Shown here piece after piece: positions 54,101 through 64,000 of a DNA stretch of 64,000 nucleotides. Positions within the stretch are counted from its first letter, which is position 1. Each line of letters begins with the position of its first letter. The DNA lies in NCBI GenBank assembly GCA_030429235.1, contig JAUIDB010000007.1:52677-116676 (forward strand), written 5' to 3'. The stretch comes from Thermoanaerobaculia bacterium. Its GTDB lineage: Bacteria > Acidobacteriota > Thermoanaerobaculia > Multivoradales > JAIOJS01. Below the pieces are notes generated by a model. That model was not told the origin of the DNA and made no database searches. It worked only from the letters and a program-made list of their open reading frames with translations. The translations under genes were made by a program, and so were the position numbers.

Positions 54101-54617
54101 GGCGCGGGCAGAGCTGGGCTTCGCCGGCTTTTCTCGCTGGTACCGGCCGGCTCCCGACGGCCCCTACCTCTTCGATCGGACCGATCGCCGACCCTACCCG
54201 TGGCGGCCGACAGAGAGCGGCGAGCGCGTGCTCTCCTGGACCGAGCACCAGGGGTTCTACTCGCCCTACGGGGAGGCGACGGCGGCGATCACCGGACTCG
54301 ACGACCAGTTGGTGGTCTTCGGCTCGGGAGAAGAGCTCACTCTGGACTTCGATCTGGGTGCTCTCGCCCCGCCACCGGCGGGCTGGGAACGAACCTACTT
54401 CCTTCACCTCGAGGGTTGGGAGAAGGATGGTGATCCCAATGTGGCCTGCTCCCAGACCGTGGGCCCACTGCCCAGGCGGGGAGCCGGCGCCTACTCTTGC
54501 GAAGGTGTGGTCTCGCCGAATGCCGAGCCGAGCACCGCCACCGGTCGCTGGGTCGACGGTCAGCGGCTCCACCGCCGGGTGCGGGCGGCGCTTCGGAGTG
54601 GCCTGGGACCCCGTTAG
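51114..54617 (+). CDS. TPR-repeat lipoprotein with FG-GAP repeats, ASPIC/UnbV domain and large C-terminal domain
   Basis: GTG at 51114 overlapping the upstream stop (GTGA). Lipobox LAVGCS. N-terminal TPR-like helices. FG-GAP blades (LIGDLDADGRME, YELDGDLDLLL). ASPIC-like segment (GQGWVELVLRGLASKVPLDGRGARVDVWFG). ~440-aa C-terminal domain. The track ORF from 50799 is an upstream in-frame extension. Confidence 0.75.
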   Translation: MTPARAVVALGVGLGLGLAVGCSPAPNPSGPSSEPGQEQPLVPDLMVRGVAHAEIDEWPAAIASFEQALAIGGDDPVLVYNLAVCQLRSDQPEFAVATLQRIDDTAPAEVRARAHYLRGKLALEAGDLESELAAYRQAMALDPSEPAYPFALSQLVPRLGAAGEAEVGPLLERAAEIWPDNARLEADLIAWSLSQPDPDAWPGALDRLSRLTPGEAQAAALLERARAELVAEPERAPTSARRALNVLRPGKRFQSDWAALEARLALLPRRWPARPELLASPAAAVATPTLELADLLPDPALASDEGVLALVASIDAVDAASPALRATDLTLLTDRRLVALDRARDSFRPVGEVAGGRRLLIGDLDADGRMERIVLGDHGLAVFRRQAEEGWSQDPGPASPPLSDGILVDYELDGDLDLLLIEAQGEILLARNLGEGGLAAPTDAGLPVARGTRLLARDLDGDVDPELLVADGERITLLRNLRQEEYRWDGELSVEGAVEDWLVIDLDGDATLDLIVVVAGRLRIFRSRGLQGFEPDLEADATVASRLGEASAVLSIDAADLDLDGAPELVVEYRDVGEGRTVEVLAIDSWTSLVAVHGLDPKGEGLVTTDLDRDRDPDLVLLTPRGLKTLHSGGAEGQGWVELVLRGLASKVPLDGRGARVDVWFGLERRSFQPDLPEIVVGAGGRRPALVEVTWPNGITEFVFEPEVERTHEVKQELRVEGSCPFLYASDGRDLRFVTDVLSLAPLGMLADGERYVPADPEEYLRLPDWVVPDVDSGDLRLAITEELREVAYLDQAELVVVDAPAEVNVYNGERWIEGMVEGLDLRLLGPLQRPTRVRDAADRDVLDLVAERDHRYLRHSAPGRRYQGAGHARALEFAVPSELAATGRVALLMTGWLHWGNTSTNVARSQDPEGRPVFPYLELPNADGSWRRVELAVGLPAGKTKPIVVELGDRLDPEDPRFRITTDFEVYWDWIAVAEALPLGRSPHREQRLAPARAELGFAGFSRWYRPAPDGPYLFDRTDRRPYPWRPTESGERVLSWTEHQGFYSPYGEATAAITGLDDQLVVFGSGEELTLDFDLGALAPPPAGWERTYFLHLEGWEKDGDPNVACSQTVGPLPRRGAGAYSCEGVVSPNAEPSTATGRWVDGQRLHRRVRAALRSGLGPR

Positions 54618-54632
54618 ACACGAGGCCAGGCG

Positions 54633-55802
54633 TCATCGCTCGACGCTGGCCGCCACCTTCCGGGTCGTGTCGCAGATCTCCTGGCTCGGCAACGTTTCCT
54701 CGGGGCCCGGCTCCGGCGGCGCGCCGTAGAGCCGCCGCCGGAACGCGAGACTGACGTGCACCAGTCCGATCAGGACCGGTACTTCCACCAGCGGTCCGAT
54801 GACGGCGGCAAAGGCGACCGGCGAGCTGATCCCGAAGACCCCGATCGCCACCGCGATGGCGAGTTCAAAGTTGTTACCCGAGGCGGTGAAAGCGAGGGTC
54901 GCGGCGCGGGAGTAGTCTGCGCCGACCTTCCAGGCCATCAGGAAACTGACCAGGAACATGACCGCAAAGTAGACGCTGAGCGGAATCGCGATCCATAGAA
55001 CATCGAGCGGCTGCCCCAGGATCCGTTCGCCCTGGGTCGAGAACATGACCACGATGGTGAACAGCAGGGCGACCAGGGTGAGGGGAGAGATGCGGGGGAC
55101 GAAGACCCGGTCGTACCACTCGGCCCCCTTTCGCGGCAGGAGAATCTGGCGACTGGCGATCCCTGCGGCGAAGGGGATCCCGAGGTAGATCATCACGCTG
55201 ACGAAGATCTCGGCCACCGAGACCTCGACCACCGCCCCCTCCAGACCGAAGAGCGGCGGCAGAACAGTCACGAAGACCCAGGCGTAGAGCCCGAAGGTGA
55301 GGATCTGAAAGACGCTGTTGAGCGCCACCAGCCCGGCGGCGTACTCGCTGTTGCCGCGGGCGAGTTGGTTCCACACCAGGACCATCGCGATGCACCGCGC
55401 GATCCCCACCAGGATCAGCCCGACCATGTAGAGGCTCCATCGCGGATCCGGCCCCAGCAGAGTGGGAGCCAGGAAGCCGAAGAAACCGATGGCCAGGCCG
55501 AACATGAGCAGGGGGCCTACGATCCAGTTCTGGAAGAGGGACAGGCCGAGGACCTTGCCGTCGGCGAAGACCTTCGGCATCAGCTCGTAGCGGACCTTGG
55601 CCAGCGGCGGGTACATCATCAGGATCAGCCCGGCCGCGATCAGGAGGTTGGTGTTGTCGCCCACCGTGAGGGCCGCGTTGAAGCGCTCCACCGGCTCCTG
55701 GAAGAGGTAGCCGACGAGCACGCCGATCCCCATGGCCAGGAAGATCCAGAGCGTCAGGTAGCGGTCGAGCCAGGAGAGTTTATGGCTGAGTCGTGGTTCC
55801 AT
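54633..55802 (-). CDS. arsB: Arsenite efflux transporter, ACR3 family
   Basis: 389 aa, 10 TM. N-terminus [24 protein letters not shown] typical of ACR3. Lies in an ars operon. Confidence 0.9.
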   Translation of the reverse strand: MEPRLSHKLSWLDRYLTLWIFLAMGIGVLVGYLFQEPVERFNAALTVGDNTNLLIAAGLILMMYPPLAKVRYELMPKVFADGKVLGLSLFQNWIVGPLLMFGLAIGFFGFLAPTLLGPDPRWSLYMVGLILVGIARCIAMVLVWNQLARGNSEYAAGLVALNSVFQILTFGLYAWVFVTVLPPLFGLEGAVVEVSVAEIFVSVMIYLGIPFAAGIASRQILLPRKGAEWYDRVFVPRISPLTLVALLFTIVVMFSTQGERILGQPLDVLWIAIPLSVYFAVMFLVSFLMAWKVGADYSRAATLAFTASGNNFELAIAVAIGVFGISSPVAFAAVIGPLVEVPVLIGLVHVSLAFRRRLYGAPPEPGPEETLPSQEICDTTRKVAASVER

Positions 55803-55855
55803 GGGATAGTCCGTCGTCCTTCTTTCTTCGATTTCTCTGGGTCCGGGGGAGGCTC

Positions 55856-56296
55856 TTACACCGGTGGGGCTTCGGTCTCCAGCCAGTCGACGATCCGAGC
55901 CTCGATCAGGTCGCGGATCTCCCGGAATTTTTGCAGCTTCTCCGCCTCGCTACCCTGGAACGAAGCCGGATCCTCGAACGGCCAGAAGAGTCGTTCGTAG
56001 GCCCCGGGCCAAACGGCGGGACAGGTCTGGTTGGCTCCGTCGCAGACGATGATGGCGCTGTGAATCGGGACCTTTCCGAGGAACTCTCCTACGGTCTTCG
56101 GCACCTGGTCGGAGATGTCGATCCCCTTTTCCTTCATCACGATTTGGCTCAGGGGGTGGACGCGCTCGGCGGGTTCGGTGCCGGCGCTGTAGGCCGCAAA
56201 TCGGTCGCCGGCGTAGTGGCGGAGGAACCCCTCCGCCATCTGGCTGCGGCAGGAGTTTCCAGTGCAGAGAACGATGATGCCTGGTTTGCGAGTCAT
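55856..56296 (-). CDS. arsC: Arsenate reductase, LMW-PTP family (thioredoxin-coupled)
   Basis: P-loop [13 protein letters not shown]. 146 aa. Confidence 0.9.
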   Translation of the reverse strand: MTRKPGIIVLCTGNSCRSQMAEGFLRHYAGDRFAAYSAGTEPAERVHPLSQIVMKEKGIDISDQVPKTVGEFLGKVPIHSAIIVCDGANQTCPAVWPGAYERLFWPFEDPASFQGSEAEKLQKFREIRDLIEARIVDWLETEAPPV

Positions 56297-56348
56297 GGGA
56301 TCTCCAGTCTTCGGGATGTCGGGTTCGAGACGATCAGGGGTCTTTCGA

Positions 56349-56747
56349 TCAGAAGGGGCTTCCGATGAGTTCGATCTGTGCCGCGGAGTTCACGGACGCC
56401 GGAAGGCGGCGGAGCTCGATGAGATAGCTGTCCGTCTCGGTCGCCATACGAGCGGACAGAGAGTCGTGGGTGGTCTCGACTCGAAACCCCGCCGCCGCGA
56501 GTTCGCGAGACCAGGTAGCGTGAAACTCGGTCCAGGGAGTGTCGGCCTGCACCTGCCATCGGAGTCTTTGGCGGTGGGGCTGCGAGAGGTTCTCCGTCGA
56601 GAGAGTCTTGGCTTCCGTCGCCTCGATGAGCCGTTCGATCTGCTGCGGCACATCGAGCCCTGCCCGGTGACAAGCCAGGAGCAGCGTTACGATCAAGGCC
56701 ACGGTGCCTGCCCGTCGCAGCGCCGTCGGCGGAGAGCAGGTGCTCAC
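56349..56747 (-). CDS. Hypothetical small lipoprotein embedded in the ars operon
   Basis: GTG at 56747 overlapping the arsR stop (GTGA). Lipobox-like LLLACH. ~132 aa. No family recognised. Call rests on coupling and operon context. Confidence 0.4.
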   Translation of the reverse strand: MSTCSPPTALRRAGTVALIVTLLLACHRAGLDVPQQIERLIEATEAKTLSTENLSQPHRQRLRWQVQADTPWTEFHATWSRELAAAGFRVETTHDSLSARMATETDSYLIELRRLPASVNSAAQIELIGSPF

Positions 56748-57091
56748 AGGGCCGCGACCAGCGCCTTGGCGCGCCGTAGGGTCTGCGGGGAGAGGCAGTA
56801 GCAGACGCGGGGACCGTCTACCGTGCCGCGCACCAGACCGGCGTCCTTGAGGATCTTCAGATGCTGCGAAACCGTCGACTGAGCGAGGGGCAGCTCGTGC
56901 ACGATCTCTCCACACAAGCACTCGGACCTTCGCGCCAACAGGCGGAGGATCTTCACCCGAGCCGGGTGACCGAGCGCTTTGGCCAGTAGCGCGAGTTCTT
57001 CGTCGGCGTCTTCCCCTTCGACAGGGCGAGTGTCGAACACGTCAGGATCGGGTGGGCAAGCGCAAGCGCCGTCGGTCGTCTTATCGTTCAT
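56744..57091 (-). CDS. arsR: ArsR/SmtB family transcriptional repressor
   Basis: 115 aa. HTH core [31 protein letters not shown] with the metal-binding CxC. Confidence 0.85.
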   Translation of the reverse strand: MNDKTTDGACACPPDPDVFDTRPVEGEDADEELALLAKALGHPARVKILRLLARRSECLCGEIVHELPLAQSTVSQHLKILKDAGLVRGTVDGPRVCYCLSPQTLRRAKALVAAL

Positions 57092-57106
57092 CGCCGTTCA
57101 ACGATA
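57082..57106. promoter_or_regulatory. Imperfect inverted repeat TATCGTTCA-N7-TCAACGATA overlapping the arsR start codon; candidate ArsR operator
   Basis: Seen directly. Arms match 8 of 9. Position over the start codon fits autoregulation. Confidence 0.3.
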
Positions 57107-57283
57107 ACACGGTCGAGACTCGTGGGCGACCCAACGGGTCGTATCCCCGCCTCCGACGACGTTTGGAGCAATCTCGCTCCCTACGGCAAGGAATGAGGAT
57201 CGCTGGTCCTGCGGTGCTCTCGCCGAGAGCGATGGCTCGGGAGCTCGCTACGATGGCTCGTGGGGCAAGCTGGAGAGATGGGA

Positions 57284-59104
57284 CTAGCCTCCGGAATCTC
57301 TCCGGTCCCGTACCTCGGCCGTTGCCAGTACGATCTCCTCGACCAGCCCCTCGAGCGGAGGGGCAAGGCTTGGCTTTCCGGGTAGGGGGCGACCGAGGGA
57401 GAGAATTGCTCGGTCCGCGCTCCAGAAGACCCGTTCCTCCCCTAGCTCGTCGAGGAAGCCGACCCGACGCAACAAGGCGTCGACTCGCATCTGGAGGCCT
57501 GCCAAGAGCAGGCTTCCACCTCCCCGGCGTTGTCGATCCAGCAGCTCGTGCAGGACCTCGAGTCCCGTGGCGTCGACCAGAGGGACACCTCGAAGGGAGA
57601 GGATCAGGTGAGTTTCCCCTCCGTCGTGAGCCTCGACCTCGTCGATGAGCTTGCGCGCGGCCGCGAAGAACAGAGGGCCAGTGAGTGTGTACACGGCCAC
57701 TGAGCCTTCGGGAGCCAAGAAACGATGTCCTGCAGCCTCTAGGCGTCCGGGGTCGATCCCTTGTCGGACTATGACCAGATCGCTCATCTGGGCCATGAAG
57801 ATCATGGTACTCAGGCCGAAACCGATCACGATCGCTTGAGTGAGGTCGAGCACGACGGTTGCACTCAGTGTAGCGAGAAACGCGGCGATGGCATGCCGAA
57901 GCCGCTTGGAGAAGAAGAAGCGAATCGCAGCCCAGTCGTTCATCTTCCAGGCGGTTACGAGCAGCACTCCGGCCAGCGCCGCCAAGGGGATCTTTTCGAG
58001 AAGCGGCGCAAACAGGAGGGCCACCCCCAGGAGCACGATGCCGTGGATCACGGGGGCGGCGCGAGTCACTCCGCCGCTCTTGATATTGACGCTGGTTCGG
58101 GCGATCGCCGCTGTGGCGGGCACGCCACCGAAGAAGGGGATCAGCATATTACCTACGCCCTGCGCCACGAGCTCGACACTGCTGTGCAGCCGGATTCCCG
58201 TCATGTTGCCTCCTACGGCACCACACAGGAGGCTCTCGACGGCGCCCAAAGCCGCTACCGACAACGCCGGGATGACCAGTTCCGCTAGCCCTTCCCACGG
58301 GATGGTTCCGAACCGCAGCCGATCGGCGAGCAAGAGGCTTCGAGGGACCGAGCCAATCGTGGGTACATCCCAACCGCCGATCACCATTGCTACGGTAGCT
58401 ACCACGATGCCTACCAGAGCACCGGGAAGCCGGCCCGGCAACGGGAGACGTGGCCACCACACTGTCACGATCACCACCGCGAGGGTGGTACCTAGCGCTA
58501 CCGCGTTCGGATGCAGGTCAGAGGTAGTTAGTACCAACAACTTGTCGACGACCGACTCGGTCGGGGGCAGAGCGACACCGAGGGCGTTGTCGATCTGTCC
58601 GAAGGCGATGAGCACCGCGATTCCGCTCGTAAATCCAGTGATCACCGGAGCGGGGATTAGAGAAACGACACGACCGAGTCGAAACAGCCCCAGGACCACG
58701 AGCAGAGCTCCGGCCATCAGGCCCGTCGCCCACAGTGCCGGAAGGCCATGCCGAGAGGCAACGAGGACCAGTACCGCCGACATCGCCCCCGTTGGTCCCG
58801 AAATCTGGTAGGGAGCTCCACCCAGGAGCCCGATGACCAGACCGGCAAGGATCGCCGTGACCAGGCCGGACGCCGCGTCGGCACCGGAGGCGACACCAAA
58901 GGCGAGGGCGAGCGGCAGAGCCACTGCCGCCACCGTCACTCCGGCTAGCGTGTCATGGAGTAGCCGGTTCCGATCGTAACCTTCGAACTCACGCTGTAGG
59001 AGCGTGCGCCACTCGCCTATGAGCCCCATCCGAAGACCTCCTCGCCGGCAACGGTAACCCAAATCTGACCGAAGAGTCATGCCTCTGTCCAGGCTGATGC
59101 TCAC
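57284..59104 (-). CDS. SulP family inorganic anion transporter with C-terminal STAS domain
   Basis: SulP motif GVTVAAVALPLALAFGVASGA, about 11 TM, then a STAS-like C-terminus. The true start may be the internal ATG (MGLIGEW, ~59029). Confidence 0.85.
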   Translation of the reverse strand: MSISLDRGMTLRSDLGYRCRRGGLRMGLIGEWRTLLQREFEGYDRNRLLHDTLAGVTVAAVALPLALAFGVASGADAASGLVTAILAGLVIGLLGGAPYQISGPTGAMSAVLVLVASRHGLPALWATGLMAGALLVVLGLFRLGRVVSLIPAPVITGFTSGIAVLIAFGQIDNALGVALPPTESVVDKLLVLTTSDLHPNAVALGTTLAVVIVTVWWPRLPLPGRLPGALVGIVVATVAMVIGGWDVPTIGSVPRSLLLADRLRFGTIPWEGLAELVIPALSVAALGAVESLLCGAVGGNMTGIRLHSSVELVAQGVGNMLIPFFGGVPATAAIARTSVNIKSGGVTRAAPVIHGIVLLGVALLFAPLLEKIPLAALAGVLLVTAWKMNDWAAIRFFFSKRLRHAIAAFLATLSATVVLDLTQAIVIGFGLSTMIFMAQMSDLVIVRQGIDPGRLEAAGHRFLAPEGSVAVYTLTGPLFFAAARKLIDEVEAHDGGETHLILSLRGVPLVDATGLEVLHELLDRQRRGGGSLLLAGLQMRVDALLRRVGFLDELGEERVFWSADRAILSLGRPLPGKPSLAPPLEGLVEEIVLATAEVRDRRDSGG

Positions 59105-59198
59105 GGCTCGACGACCGAGCGGAGGATCGCGAGGCCAGGACTCTGCTGTTGCCAGGGCTCTTTGATCTGTCTAGGATCGCCCGGATGGGATCGAGTTC

Positions 59199-63767
<4,569 letters not shown>

Positions 63768-63783
63768 GGAAAGACCCTCTATC

Positions 63784-64000
63784 ATGCAGCCGAGAACCTC
63801 GATCGCGATCCTCCTGTGCCTCCTCTCTCTCAGTGCCTGCGGCGGCCGGGAAGAACATGCGAGCGAGTCCTCCGTGGTGCCGGATTCTGAGGTCACCGAC
63901 GAGCTGGCACGTCTTCGCAACCTCGGCAAGGCGTTCTACGAAAACCCGACCACCCAGTATGAAGCGATCGATGTCCTTCGCTCGGCCTGGGAGCTGGCGC
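63784..64000 (+). CDS. Lipoprotein with TPR-like N-terminus (5' partial; paralog of 51114..54617)
   Basis: ATG at 63784. Lipobox LSLSACGG. Sequence runs off the window end. Confidence 0.5.
   Translation, partial: MQPRTSIAILLCLLSLSACGGREEHASESSVVPDSEVTDELARLRNLGKAFYENPTTQYEAIDVLRSAWELA

Overview
This 64-kb window is about 70% GC and coding-dense, with roughly 48 protein genes. I found no rRNA, tRNA, CRISPR array, transposase or integrase. The gene content points to an Acidobacteriota-like chromosome: a TIGR03436-type 'VWFA-related Acidobacterial domain' protein, five PQQ-like beta-propeller paralogs, CRTAC1/ASPIC-UnbV plus FG-GAP proteins, a giant FtsX permease, and many TonB-dependent and TRAP uptake components.

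Main blocks, 5' to 3':
- Secreted LVIVD/FN3 protein, DUF885, an outer-membrane beta-barrel, and a TonB-dependent receptor (TBDR).
- LapA-like gene and a TAXI-TRAP transporter, followed by the first PQQ propeller.
- Minus-strand operon: tandem-repeat protein, thioesterase, ABC ATPase, 1133-aa FtsX permease.
- Minus-strand operon: HemN-like radical SAM, PQQ propeller, TBDR, flavin 'halogenase-like' oxidoreductase, DUF3311, SSS transporter, GT4.
- VWFA protein.
- Minus-strand operon: PQQ, PQQ, LuxE/PaaK-like adenylating enzyme, LuxC/ALDH-like reductase, Fe-ADH, PQQ.
- Nitronate monooxygenase, succinate-semialdehyde dehydrogenase and a LytS/LytTR two-component system, then a pseudo-hydrolase and a porin.
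- A CRTAC1-TlpA gene interrupted by an in-frame TGA, followed by a TPR/FG-GAP/ASPIC lipoprotein.
- arsR-(lipoprotein)-arsC-ACR3 operon and a SulP transporter.
- A second CRTAC1 locus encoding a 1522-aa double-CRTAC1 fusion, followed by a partial TPR lipoprotein.

Many junctions show ATGA/GTGA start-stop overlaps, which suggests translational coupling. Several long antisense ORFs in the six-frame track are high-GC artefacts.
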